From Euglena gracilis (taxonomy: Eukaryota), in contig CP154954.1 in assembly GCA_039621445.1 (NCBI GenBank), positions 38,053,703 to 38,117,702 on the forward strand: a stretch of DNA of 64,000 nt, in the 5' to 3' direction. How positions within the stretch are numbered: position 1 is the stretch's first letter; each line of letters opens with the position of its first letter. Positions 49,301 through 62,655 of this stretch are shown here, in pieces. The notes under the pieces are model-generated. The model had not been told where the DNA came from, did not search any database, and saw only the letters and a list, made by a program, of their open reading frames with translations. Made by a program: the position numbers and the translations under genes.

Positions 49301-49904
49301 GAACGACAAGCTCTCTGAGAAACGAGGAGCTGACTTGGTAACGCATTCCACCGGGGCTGACAAGGTGCGTATTTTGAGCCAACAGAAACCTCATGCATTG
49401 GCGTGGGTGGCAGCAAACCCTTGTGCAGCAAAAAAGACATTGATGCCCCCAGGTGAATTCCGAGCAGTTCTACGATGGACTCTGGGATGACTGTTGTGGC
49501 TCTACACAAAGGTTTGGAGGCAAAGTGTCCACGATGTGAGACAGTGATGGGTGATCAAGGGAATCACCTGGTTTGTTGCACAAAAAAACAATTTGGCACG
49601 GCGACATGCAGGAATTCAAAACTTCATCCTGCAGATGGCACAGGCGGCAGGCTATACTGCTCGGCGTGAAGAGGGCACTGGAGATGGAAGACGACCTGGG
49701 GAGGTTTTCATCACTAGGTTCGATGCAAACGGCCCGGCTGCAATAGATGTCTCAGTGCGGCATCCACTGGCGCCGTCCCACCCAGTGACTGATCAAAGTT
49801 GGGAACGCTGGCATGAAAGACAGGAGAAAGAAAAAGTGACAAAGTACAAAGATGTATGCAGCAGGCTGGGATGGTCACTTGTGCCCCTGGTCCTGGATTA
49901 TTTT

Positions 49905-52815
49905 GGTGGCATTGGTGATGAAGGCAGAATCTTTTTGGGGACCTGCATCCGAGCCATCCTGGGTCAGAAGGAGCCCTGGGAAAGAAGATCCTGCGAAGCA
50001 GAGTGCTGGCAAGGACAAAGCATTGTGTTGGCCCGAGAAGTGGGTCGACAACTGTCGTGGGCTGAATGCCTCGGATCTGAAGATATGCAAAGTCCTGTTC
50101 TGGCGCATCAACCTTATAATCTGGACTAAAGCACAACCTGCAGGAGGACACAAAGAATGTTTCCCGCAGGCTGCTGAAAATCAAAGGCTACTGCTGAGAC
50201 CGTCCCATCACAATGATGAACAGCAGTATAGTATGTAAGCAACATACCACAATTTGGGACAGCAGACAGAACCGACAAAGATCGGAAATGCATATGACGC
50301 ACAAAAAAACGGTCTGAGAATACTTCCTCAGCTCCTCCAGTCCCCCCATCGCCGGCCCATCACCCTTGCTCTATGTACTTTGCACTTTGCGGTCCACTGG
50401 CCACCCAGGACCTCTTCCAGCCATGACCAACAACATCGGGAAAACAAGGCTTAGGACACAAAGAGCTCTGTCACAACAAACAGCTTGCACTTGCATTGCA
50501 CACGATTCTCATCGTATCCCAGAAACGATGAGTCACAAAAGCCTGGTCTGAAAACACTTCATCTTCACGCAAGAAGACAAAACAGGATTTGGCCCACCAT
50601 GCTGGCCCATCCTGGCACCATGTAATCTGAGGCACCACCAATCACCCGCGTTAGTTATGACCACAAAGATCGGAAATATGGCACATGAGACACAAAAAAG
50701 ATCGACAACGGCCCTCTTACCCTGTGACACGGCTTTGTACATTACGCATATATATTGAACCCGTAACTCCACGTGGTGGCATTGGAGATGAAGACAGAAT
50801 CTTTTTGGGGACCTGCATCCGAGCCATGTTGCGGCAGAAGGAGCCCTGGGAAAGAAGATCCTGCGAAGCAGAGTGCTGGCAAGGACTAAGCATTGTGTTG
50901 GCCCGAGAAGTGGGTCGACAACTGTCGTGGGCTCAATGCCTGGGATCTGAAGATATGCAAAGTCCTGTTCTGGCGCATCAACCTTATAATCTGGACTGAA
51001 GCACAACCTGCAGGAGGACACAAAGAATGTTTCCCGCAGGCTGCTGAAAATCAAAGGCTACTGCTGAGACCGTCCCATCACAATGATGAACAGCAGTATA
51101 GTATGTAAGCAACATACCACAATTTGGGACAGCAGCCAGAACCGACAAAGATCGGAAATCCAGCATATGACGCACAAAAAACCGGTCTGAGAATACTTCC
51201 TCAGCTCCTCCAGTCCCCCCATCGCCGGCCCATCACCCTTGCTCTATGTACTTTGCACTTTGCGGTCCACTGGCCACCCAGGACCTCTTCCAGCCATGAC
51301 CAACAACATTGGGAAAACAAGGCTTGGGACACAAAGAGATCTGTCACAACAAACAGCTTCCATTTGCATTGCACACGATTCTCATCGTATCCCAGAAACG
51401 ATGAGTCACAAAAGCCTGGTCTGAAAACACTTCATCTTCACGCAAGAAGACAAAACAGGATTTGGAGCACCATGCTGGCCCATCCTGGCACCATGAAATT
51501 TGAGGCACCACCAATCACCCGCGTTAGTTATGACCACAAAGATCGGAAATATGGCACATGAGACACAAAAAAGATCGACAACGGCCCTCTTACCCTGTGA
51601 CACGGCTTTGTACATTACGCATATATATTGAACCCGTAACTCCACGTGGTGGCATTGGAGATGAAGGCAGAATCTTTTTGGGGACCTGCATCCGAGCCAT
51701 CCTGGGGCAGAAGGAGCCCTGGGAAAGAAGATCCTGCGAAGCAGAGTAGGTCTAAGCATTGTGATGAATGTCCGAGGTCCCCTTAACCACAGACCAGACT
51801 TCTGCGCCCCATTCCTTTACTTGACATCCCTTTCACTGAAATCTCTTTCCCAAAATCCCACTTCCAGCAGCAATGACCAAACTTGAAATAAACTTGCGCC
51901 GCAGACAAAATCAAACAAATACACTCTCAGGAAAGTAATCCCAGACAATAGAGTGAACAGTGTATGTTGACAGCTACCTACAGACAGCGCCATCATTTTT
52001 TCTGTGAATCACGATCTGCCTGTTTGAATTAGGCTTCAGCCTGTGATTTCATGGTGACCATAAAAATGCACCTGGACCACTCACATGTTGGCCCGAGAAG
52101 TGGGTCGACAACTGTCGTGGGCTCAATGCCTGGGATCTGAAGATATGCAAAGTCCTGTTCTGGCGCATCAACCTTATAATCTGGACTAAAGCACAACCTG
52201 CAGGAGGACACAAAGAATGTTTCCCGCAGGCTGCTGAAAATCAAAGGCTAATGCTGAGACCGTCCCATCACAATGATGAACAGCAGTATAGTATGTAAGC
52301 AACATACCACAATTTGGGACAGCAGCCAGAACCGACAAAGATCGGAAATCCAGCATATGACGCACAAAAAACCGGTCTGAGAATGCTTCCTCAGCTCCTC
52401 CAGTCCCCCCATCGCCGGCCCATCACCCTTGCTCTATGTACTTTGCACTTTGCGGTCCACTGGCCACCCAGGACTCTTCCAGCCATGACCAACAACATCC
52501 GGAAAACAAGGCTTGGGACACAAAGAGCTCTGTCACAACAAACAGCTTGCATTTGCATTGCACACGATTCTCATCGTATCCCAGAAACGATGAGTCACAA
52601 AAGCCTGGTCTGAAAACACTTCATCTTCACGCAAGAAGACAAAACATGATTTGGCCCACCATGCTGGCCCATCCTGGCACCATGTAATTTGAGGCACCAC
52701 CAATCACCCGCGTTAGTTATGACCGACAAAGATCGAAAATATGACACATGAGGCACAAAAAAGATCGACAACGGCCCTCTTACCCGGTAAGCCGGTGACA
52801 CCGCTATGTACATTA

Positions 52816-52820
<5 letters not shown>
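49905..52820 (+). repeat. ~870-bp tandem triplication of the RLE C-terminus plus 3' UTR
   Basis: Units start at ~49905, 50775 and 51648. The third is interrupted by ~51760-52086. Confidence 0.88.
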
Positions 52821-52855
<35 letters not shown>

Positions 52856-52868
52856 TATATATATATAT

Positions 52869-52913
<45 letters not shown>

Positions 52914-52952
52914 ATATATATATATATATCTATATATATATATATCTATATA

Positions 52953-53001
<49 letters not shown>

Positions 53002-53072
53002 TTCTCTCTCTCTCTATCTCTCTATATCTCTCTCTCTCTCTATCTCTCTCTCTCTCTCCTCTCTCTCTCTCT

Positions 53073-53118
<46 letters not shown>

Positions 53119-53146
53119 CCTCTCTTTCTCTCTCCCTCTCCCCCTC

Positions 53147-53212
<66 letters not shown>

Positions 53213-53315
53213 CTCTCCTCTATCTCCTCTCTCCCTCTCTCTCCCTCTCTCTCCCTCTCTCCCTCCCTCTCTCTCATATATATATATGTATATATATCTC
53301 TATACATATATATAT
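52819..53315. repeat. (TA)n/(CT)n compound microsatellite
   Basis: Directly visible in the sequence. Confidence 0.97.
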
Positions 53316-53510
53316 TGGAACACTGTTGATTGCCCAAGAGCTAGAGTGTCTAAAAAAAAATATTAAATTACAATTAAAATAAAAAATTAAATTAATTATC
53401 ATAACCGCCTGCGGACCTTCAACTCCAGTAGGCTGTGCCACTGGTCGGTGGATTCGGTTCGCCCCACCACCGTTCTCGCTTTCTGGTCCTCTTAATTCTA
53501 GCAAAAAAAA

Positions 53511-56500
53511 GGCCTGAAAACGCCCCCTCAACACCACCACTGGCCTGAAAAGGCCCTGGGCCTGAAAAGGCCCCATCTGCTACAGGGCCTGACAAGGCCC
53601 GTCCAGCCAGTGGGCCTGAAAAGCCCCCCCCCGCCTTTGGGCCTTCAAAGGCACCTCCATTTGGGCCTGCAAAGGCCCCTCATCTTGGGCTTCCAAAGGC
53701 CCCCCCTTTGGGCCTGCAAAGGCCCCCCATCTGCCAACCATTAAGTGCTACTTTCAGCTCCAAGGTCTTATTTTCTGTGTTCTGCATTGCATCCCAAACC
53801 TTTGATCAATTGAAGTGGCAAACCCCCAGTTTTCACAGCACATGTTACACCAAAAGCTGTGACACATTTTGCAGCAGTTTTGACTTGACATTGAAAAACA
53901 TTTTGCCACCCCAACCCCTCAGTGACACTTTTTGCAGCAGTTTTGACTGTACATTAAAAAACATTTTGCCACCCCAAGCCCTTAGTAACAACGTTTTACC
54001 CCAGTGTCCTGCAAAGTCACTGGGCCTGCAAAGGCCCCCCTGTGACACCATTTCGGTCTGTTGCATTTTGCCCCAGTGGCCTGCAAAGGCCCTAGGCCTG
54101 CAAAGGCCCCCCTCCAACACCATTTTGCTCCAGTGGCCTGCAAAGGCCCTGGGCCTGCAAGCAGCATTTTGTCCCAGTGGCCTGCAAAGGCCATGGGCCT
54201 GCAGGCCCCGCCTTGACACCATTTTTGCTCTCAGCCTGAAAAGCCCCCGACAAACTGGCAAACCATGTTCCTCCACATTTTGGCCTGCAACAGTGGGCCC
54301 CCAGCCAGACAGCACATCCACTTTTTGGTCTGCAACAGTGGCCCCCCGCAGCCAGCCAGTTCTGCCAGATTCTGCTGGCCTTCAACCTTCCCTCAGCAAT
54401 ATGAACTTGACAACCCCCAGGTTACCTCTCCGCTGACCGGAAAAGACCACCCAACGTCGGCCAAACAAAGAAAGTGCTTGTGCCTTACACTCCTGCGAAA
54501 TACAGGACACAGCCTACACTTGTGAGTGGCCTTGCTGCACAGCAACTTTTGGCATGCCAGCCTGTGGCATTACAACATTTGGCATTACAGATTGGTGAAT
54601 TAAGGATTTCCAGCAGAGAAGTTCCTAATTCATTTTTCTGGTAGGGCAAATCCCATGACTTGTTTGCGTGGCGCTGTGGACTGGACTTGAAGGAGTGTTC
54701 TGCTGTATTTGTGCATTTGGCTTATGCTGCGCGCCAAGGGGAAGAAGAATTGGGAAAGTCCCCCTGGGATTGGGTGTCCCAAGTGCCTGGCAAATTCAAA
54801 GGGGAGATTATGCAAAGTCTGCTGGGTGTGCAAGTTCTGTGTTCTGAAGGTTGAAGAATGCCAGTGTTGCGGAAGCTGCCATCTGCATGCCAGCAATTGC
54901 CATTGTGGGCATGCTGCCCGGATCTTTCACAAACAAGTCAGTCCAGCCTGTACAAACAAGTTCTCTGCCCAAGATGCTCAGAAAGTGCATGATCTGGGCA
55001 GTCATGCTGAAGATTGCAATGCCAGATTTGGTCATGGGAAGGTTTCGGACAGAAGTGTTGAAGACAATTTTGGACATGGAGATTCCAAATTCAGACATGC
55101 AATCGAGATGTGCGACAAGGGGGTGCAGACAGAAGGAAAAGCCAGAACAAGGGGAAGAAGAGAGAGGAGGAAGAAAGTGAAGGGGAAGTAATGGCAAGCT
55201 GGACAGGTCAGATTCGAGGTATTTGGCTGATGTTTGTGGCATGCCGCGTGCTGTGTCTGTGGCCAATTCTGGGGCAGTAAACCCAATAAATTACACATGT
55301 CTGTGGGAGATGGCCGCTGAGGGCATGTGGCCATGCCGCGGTGGGTGTTTGCTGGGTGGAAATCTCATTAAATGGCTCGACAGTGGGTTGTGGTGAGCCG
55401 CGGTTGACCAAATTAACTAGAATTTAAATGCCCCAGTTTGCCCATTTCACCCCCTGCTTGGGACCCCACCCACCTCTGGGCCATTTTGGGTGGAAGGGTA
55501 GGTTTCCACCCATGATGGTCCAAGGGGCATCTTTGGGATGTCTTCCCCTGAAAAAGAAGAGGTCATCAGGGGAGGAGGTTCCAAGGGGGTGTGGGTGCCC
55601 TTCCTCTGCAGCCTGCCTGTGTGTTTGCTGTAGGAGTGTCCACCTGAGGGAGCTTTGCCCCAAGACAGGTGCAACACTTCGAACCGTATTTAAAATTCCT
55701 ATTTTTTTATTTTACGGGTGTGACTGCAACCAAGGCCACTTTTTAATTTTTTGACTCGCTTTGTTGGGAGTTGGACCCAGCAAAGCTCGCCCGGAGAGGG
55801 GAGTGTGAGTGGCCTTGCTGCACAGCAACTTTTGGCATGCCAGCCTGTGGCATTACAACATTTGGCATTACAGATTGGTGAATTAAGGATTTCCAGCAGA
55901 GAAGTTCCTAATTCATTTTTCTGGTAGGGCAAAATCCCATGACTTGTTGCGTGGCGCTGTGGACTGGACTTGAAGGAGTGTTCTGCTGTATTTGTGCATT
56001 TGGCTTATGCTGCGCGCCAAGGGGAAGAAGAATTGGGAAAGTCCCCTGGGATTGGGTGTCCCAAGTGCCTGGCAAATTCAAAGGGGAGATTATGCAAAGT
56101 CTGCTGGGTGTGTAAGTTCTGTGTTCTGAAGGTTGAAGAATGCCAGTGTTGCGGAAGCTGCCATCTGCATGCCAGCAATTGCCATTGTGGGCATGCTGCC
56201 CGGATCTTTCACACTGGCAGCATCGGGGGGAGCGGGCCGAGGTCGGTCTTTACTCAGCTGCGGGGACATTGAAAGTAACCCCGGACCTCCTACAGACCCA
56301 CCATTTGTTCCGTGTGAGGATATTGACATGGCGCCAGCATCACAAATCTCCATCCCTCCTGCTGCACCACCGCCCGCAGAGCCCCCGTCGGTGGCGGGTG
56401 AGGACGTTGACATGGCGCCAGCATCACAAATTTCCATCCCGAGGGCCGGCTTCGATCGGTACCATCTTCTGGACGCGCGGCTTCGAGTCCCGATGAGCTA

Positions 56501-57778
56501 AACTCCGATCCAGGGGTGCACGGGACTTGAACCAGCCATGGCATACGGCGCTGCCAGGCGGGGTAAGGAATGGCTGCCGTATGGCGGGAAGTTCCGATGG
56601 CGCCGAGGTAGAAATCAGCAACCAGAGGCTCGACCCTGGCGTGCCTGATGGGTAAGGGCCGGCGAACCATAGATTCAACGGCGTTTGCCCACCTGACGTG
56701 TCACGATTAAACCATTGCGGCTTCGGCCGAGCAGTGACACCAAAGACAAGCAACCCCTATCAAGCACGCCATCGCCAAGCATCAGGAGCTGAGGCAAGGG
56801 ATGGAGGACTTCGAGTGCCTCGAACCCTAGGGCTAATGCCCCCTGGCGGAGTGTAGCTCCACATCCGAGAAAGTGAAACGCTTGGGTCCAGCAAGTTTTT
56901 AAAAAAAAGTCGGCCCACCACCGTTGGAGGAGATTTGAGAGCAAAAAAGGGCATTTGTCATGGATTGCTACGGGGGCATGCGACAGGAAGCGCGCTCCTT
57001 GATGGCCACCCTCCTCAAGGCCCTTTTGGGGCAGCGGGAAGGGTGACATCGGCCGCGGAAGCAGGCATTTGGCAAGGCCTTCCTTCACACTAATGAGAGA
57101 AATCAGCAGATAGCTCGTTCGGAGCTTGTATTCTTCCAAATATGAGATCACCCTGTCTTCCGCCCACTCACCATATTCTGTCTGAAGGCCTTTGAGCTCT
57201 CAACAAAAATCACCAACATTGACCTCTCACCTGCCGTTTACACCCCAAGTTCAGATTACAAAATGAGCAAAGAAGGCACAACTCAGTAACCCCTAGTAAC
57301 CCCTTGAGCAGAGCCACACGCCGAGCCAAAGACATATCAACGGATCACAAAGACGCGGAGAGAAGCAAAACACACAACAGCCAAAAACCCGACACAAACA
57401 CGCCATCCCGTTTCAAAAGAGGTACAAACGCCCCCTCCCCGCCCAATATATATTGAAGGTGACCTTTGCTCATCTTCCTCTAACCACTAACCTCCGCACC
57501 CTGAACAAGTATCACTCAGCACTCTTTTGTACATTACACCCAGAGTATAAACAACCCGCGACGTGTGGCGGCACAGGGAGTAACAAGGGGGTTCCTCTTG
57601 TGGCGAGGGCCAAAAGAGACGTTTCCCTGGCCCGGGGCACGATTTGGGTGAAGCTGTGCTACCTACCGTGTGCTTCTGCAAAAAAGGCGAGGGCGAAAAG
57701 AGACGTTTACCTGGGCCCGGGGGACGGTTTGGGTGAAGCTGTGCTACCCACCGTGTGTTCGTTATCACTAAAAAAAAA
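53511..57778 (+). mobile_element. CRE-type element, copy 4 (relative of copy 2; internally deleted and interrupted)
   Basis: Hairpin array 53511-54210; PCSSTFWPATV and SAKQRK as in copy 2; 2A at 56235-56288; RLE end at 56955-57185; 3' motif A and an A-tail. Confidence 0.8.
54521..56213 (+). mobile_element. TRIM-like non-autonomous LTR element
   Basis: ~410-bp near-identical LTRs TGTGA...TCACA (54521-54931, 55804-56213) with a purine tract before the second LTR. It splits codons PT|LAASGG of copy 4. Confidence 0.85.
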
Positions 57779-57789
57779 GAGCCCATGTT

Positions 57790-60576
57790 CTCACGGCATT
57801 GGTGGAGGAAGGCGCACTGTCCAAGGCCGCTAAGCTGTTGGTGTCAAATGGGCTTGTCAACTCGCAGGAACCAGGTGTGGAAGCCGTACTGAGGGACCTC
57901 CATCCCCAGCACAGCCACACTTGGTCCCGGCAGGGGATTGGCCCACCTCGATTGCCTGCCGCCTGGTGGACGAGGGCATGGACGAAGAGGAGAGCAACGA
58001 GCAGTGGTCCAAGCGGGCGGACCATCTGGGCTGCGTCCAATCCACCTCAGTGAAAGTTGCCGAAAGCTGGGGGGGGCCTGGTCCAAGCCCTCGGCAAGCT
58101 TGCTGCGACGGCCCTGACCACATCATTCCCGGAGAGCGTGCGAGAAGTGCTATGCGCCTCCACGCTCATCCCGCTCCGCAAGAAGGATGGGGGGGGTGCG
58201 GCTCATTGCTGTCGGGGACACCCTCTGGCGAGTGGTGGGCAAGTGCCTTCCCCATTCTGAAGCGGTGACGATAGAGTTGGGAGCCCCACAACCGCGGCAG
58301 TGCGGGGTGGGAGTGCGCAACGCCGCCGAGAGATGGTGGGCATGCGCCTGCAACGCTGCGTCTAGCCAAGCCACCTCCAAGGGGAGAACGACTACGTGGT
58401 GTTGCAGGTGGATATGCGCAATGCCTTCAACTCCATCAGCAGGGATGCAATGCTCCGGGGGTGCTTGGCCAAGGTACCCACGGCGTACAACTGGCTGCGC
58501 TTTTGCTACAGTGGATTAAGTCCGTTGTTTTGCCAAGGGCGCTTCCTATGTACAAGCCAGATCGGAATGCATCAATGCGACGCATTGGGCTTTGCACTGG
58601 GCTTGGACTACGCCCTTGACCAGTGATTTGCCCGGGACTTGGCATGGGAGCCTTGGTACCTCGACGACGGCCACATCGTGGGGAAACCAGCGTTGGTGTT
58701 GGCCCGCCTCCATGGCCTCGGCACGGTCTGGGAGCGAGTAGGCCTCCACCTCAATTTGGCCAAGTGCAAATTTTGGGGACCTGGGATGCAAACGGTCAAT
58801 CAAGCCGGGCCACATTACCCAGAAGGTTTGGCAAAAGGCCACTTGGGACGACAAGTGCCCGTGATTCCCTTTGGAGGACCGAGGGGCATCACGACCCTGG
58901 CCGTCCCAATTGATGCCCCGCGGGAGCATCGCACAGCACAAGAGGACACGCCAAGAGCACCGCAATGCCAAGCTGTATAGGAAGAGACCGTGGACATGGC
59001 GACCTTGCTCTTGGAACGGCTCAGGGGATACCCAGAGGGGCAAGTGCGGCACCCACTTTTGCGGTAGTGTCTTGACGGATGTCTGGTGGTCCAGCTCCTC
59101 CGATCAACAGAGAGAGAAAACACACGGGACTCCCCGCTCATTCTCAGGGCACGGCTGCAGGAAGCCATACAAGATCCCCTCGGACTGGGAATCACCGAAA
59201 GTTCATGGGATCAGGTCTCCCTGCCCATCCGCCAAGGAGGACTCGGAATCTCGGACCCCGAAGTGTTGCAACCCGCGGCACGTATGGCGGCCTTGCTGAA
59301 TCTGGGGATGCACGGCAGCCAAGCGGTGGGGGTGCCAGCCTCGGCGTTGGCAACCCCATCCCCGGACATGCAAGACACGATACAACGGTTGCGGCAACAG
59401 CTTGGCCCCAACATGGATCCCGTGGCCAGCTGGCTCGCGGGCACCACCCCACTCTCCTCCGCAGCACCAGAACACGCCACCCAACGGTGGTGGGCGTAGA
59501 AAGTGGCGTAAAAGCAGAGCCAGCGAGTGGACGCGGTCGGCTCTGCCAGGGACCGGGTGAGACGGGCTTGCCAAAAGGGACCGGTGGCAACGGGATGGCT
59601 GCAGACTTTGCCCAGCAAGGCACAGCACACAGCTTTCTCGGACACCCAATACTGGCTGCTACTGCGGTGGTGGCTTGGCCTGCCCATCCTCCCTTCAGGG
59701 GTCACGTTGCCGGGGTGGTCCCGTGTCCCGGGGTCACTTCGTCTGCTGCGAGCAGAAAGGAAATACCCAACGGCACAATGCATTCCGAGATGCTTTTGCG
59801 GCGATGTGTGCCTGGTACAATATTGCGGCGGAGAAGGAGGTAGAGTGTTTGGCGAACAAAAGACCAGCCGATGTTCTCCTCATCAACATGTCACGGGAGC
59901 AACAAGTGGCAGTCGATTTCGTCTACAGCCACCCCGTGGGGCTGGGAGAGCACCCACTGGTGGTGGACAATGCCCGCAGGCATTGCAACCAGGTGGAAAC
60001 CAGGAAAGTGCAAAACGGATGGGCCCCTTCTGCAAAGGGGTGGAGCTTCTCACCCTTCGGCCTGAGCACATGGGGAGGCCTGGGTACCTCTGCCAAGGCG
60101 GTGCTGTCTGAGGTCACCAAAATGGCCACCGCAGACATGCGGGGATGGCAAAGACAAGGGCCCTGCAAGAAATGCAGGTAGCATTATCGGAGACACTCAT
60201 GCGCCACGTGGCGCGGAAGCTATCCGCCAGGGACCGCGTGGAGGAGGCCCTGCACCCATGGTAAGTCCCCAACTCCCACCGCAGACCACACCAAAAGCGA
60301 GCAAGACCAAGACCAAGAGGGCCACAACCCACAAAGTGCGGAGGTTCACTACGGAAACACCTCCCCGCACAAAAAAAAACCAAATAAAAGAGAAGCCGCC
60401 AAAAAAAAGAGCCCACACGCCAGGCGAAAGGTATCCGGCCAACGAGGCGACAAAGGGGAGTGGAGCCGGCAAAAGCAAGACACACGCAAAGTGTAGCCCG
60501 CCCGACCTGGACTCCACAAGGTGAGAAGAGAGTGCACGCGCGACCCAGCAAGCCGGCTATAGCCCCTAAAAAAAAG
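57790..60576 (+). pseudogene. Degenerate CRE-type element of a more distant family
   Basis: VEEGALSKAAKLL, LQVDMRNAFNSISR, WYLDDG, LPIRQGGLGI, KRPADVLL..VAVDF, with many stops and frameshifts. A-run at ~60568. Confidence 0.85.
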
Positions 60577-61204
60577 TTCTCACGCTCTCCCAGTTATTTT
60601 TCTTCGCTTTGCTGGCGTGGGCTTGCTGGTGTTTCATAAGCAAAGGGATCAAGACGAGGAAACAAGGAAGCTGAGGTGAGGGTTTCAGCCGTGAAGCAAG
60701 TATAGTCAATCGGTAAGAAATTTAACAGGTGTGGTTGAGATGATGGGGGCATCAACGCGTCTCTTCGAACAATTTGAGCTTGAATTGCTGTTGGGCTGAT
60801 AAACTAAAAGACCAAAAATACAGGACATTTTGGGAATCTTTTGCAACCATTTCCGAAAGGGTGGCCCTTTTTTGTTGGCTTGAAATAAATTGCTTTTCCA
60901 CAGGATTTTCGCTGAAATCGCCAGTGAAGGACCCTTCGTTCTCAAAGCCACGCTCTTCCGCCAACAGAGATTCTTCCCTAACAATGTCAAAACTTAAAAC
61001 TTGGCAGCGGGTCGGCATGCGTGTGGGCAACGGAGGTTCGTCGACCGGGTCTCTGGGGTACGCTGGCCTGCAGGGTAGGTACGCGCTGTGGGGGGAGCGA
61101 TTGGGTGGTGGACGGTGGGGCAGGGGAAAGGATGCGCAGTAGAGCGCATCCCTCGCTGACGCGGATCGCACGGAGATGGGGCGGGCGAAAATGGAATGGA
61201 AACT

Positions 61205-62655
61205 CGTACTCCCTCGGGGAGGACCAACAAGGGAGGAAGGGAGACCGAGGGCGGAGCACAAAGACATTTTGAGCCCGACCCCCCCCTCCCATTGAAAAAA
61301 ATTGCCTTCAAACGCCCTCGGCCAGAAAGTGGGGCTAGGGGGGAAGAGGAGGGGGGACCCCTACAGAGGAAGAGAAAGCACCATTGTCGCCACGAACAAG
61401 GCATGGCCTCACAATTGTCAAAGTGCGTTGCCCGGCGTGTCCTTCGACGTTAAAGGCGCCGGGTGAATCGGGTCGATCGCAGCACCTTCGGGGATAAACT
61501 GCTTTCTAGACGGGCCTCTGTTGAGGACCCCCGCGGGTCTGACGACCTGCTGGACTGCTGCCTTACCCCCCCACCCCAGGAAAGGGGTCACCCGAATCCT
61601 AGCAGAGTTGGCGCGACATGAAGACAATCAGAGCGAAACAACATCATTGATACAGCCTTTTGCAAGCAAACGCGCAAACGCTCCCGTCGACTAAGAACGA
61701 GAGCTGAGAGGGCCAAATGGTCAGTCAACCGACCAGGCGCGGGTACTGGTTTTTGGAAAACAAACAAAGAAGACATTGCCCGCGATCAACGGAGAAGGTT
61801 AGAAAAACTTCCAGCCGGCCTTCTGGCGGTTGGAAAAGCTTTACAAAGCTCCGATGGGGAGGGCCGGGCTGCCCCTGGCAGGCTGGACAAGTGGCTCAGC
61901 GTGTGCAGGGGAACGGTCTCGAAGGCAGGTCCTTTCTGAGGCCAGATGGCGCCGCAACTCCTCCCTTATTAAAGGGGTGACTGGCTTTTACAGTTGGCTG
62001 AGTGGTTTTTTTTTGGTACAGCCAATGGCGGCGCAGGAATTTTTTCCCTTTTTTCGTACTCCCTTGAGGCAAGCCGAAAAGGGAGGAAGGGACACCGAGG
62101 GCGAAGCACAATGGCAAAGTGCGGAGCCCGAGGTGTCCAGAAAAAGGGAGACTTTTGAGAAGCCTAAGGTATCGGACTCCCACGACAGAGGAAGGGGGAG
62201 GAAGGGACCAAGAGGGCGAAGCACAAGAAGATGCCGGCAAGGAAAGCAGGACCTCACCATCTCGCAGTGCGGAGCCCGAATGGTCAATTTGTGGCCCATT
62301 TCTTTGGAACCTCGTGCTCCTCACTTTTTCCTTGTCCCGCAAGGTCTTTGTGCTTCGCCCTCGGTGTCCCTTCCTCACTTGTTGGTTTACCGCGAGGGAG
62401 TGCGACTTGCTGAGCCCTTTTCTGGTGCCGTGCATGCCTGTTCCGAGAAGGAACGGAAGAGGAGCCTTTGGTGGAAGCGGCGCCTCGCCCGGGGCGAGGT
62501 GCATCATCTCCACCATGGCCTTAACTGCCATTCCCCCCTTTAGAATTAAAAACAAACGCTGCTTTCCCTGGGTGTCCATTCCTCCCTGGCTTTTTTTTTT
62601 TCAAACTCCCGCGCTCCCTCCAGGAAAACTGATGCCGAGGGCGAAGCGCAAAATG
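61205..62655. repeat. Dispersed direct and inverted copies of GGAAGGGACACCGAGGGCGAAGCACAA
   Basis: Copies at ~61235, 62085, 62201 and 62635 (+) and ~62347-62373 (-). Confidence 0.6.

Larger units (their letters stand above)
46375..53510 (+). mobile_element. CRE-type element, copy 3 (5'-truncated, frameshifted, 3' end triplicated)
   Basis: ORF pieces 46331-47527, 47846-48940, 48903-49490 and 49551-50129 carry QLDFANAFN, GVQQGDPCGP, WYLDD and RPGEVF..IDV. The right boundary is assumed from motif B plus A8. Confidence 0.8.

Noticed and set aside
52741-53382. Long ORFs (YIYI/LSLS/ERER)
   Set aside because: Artefacts of the microsatellite.
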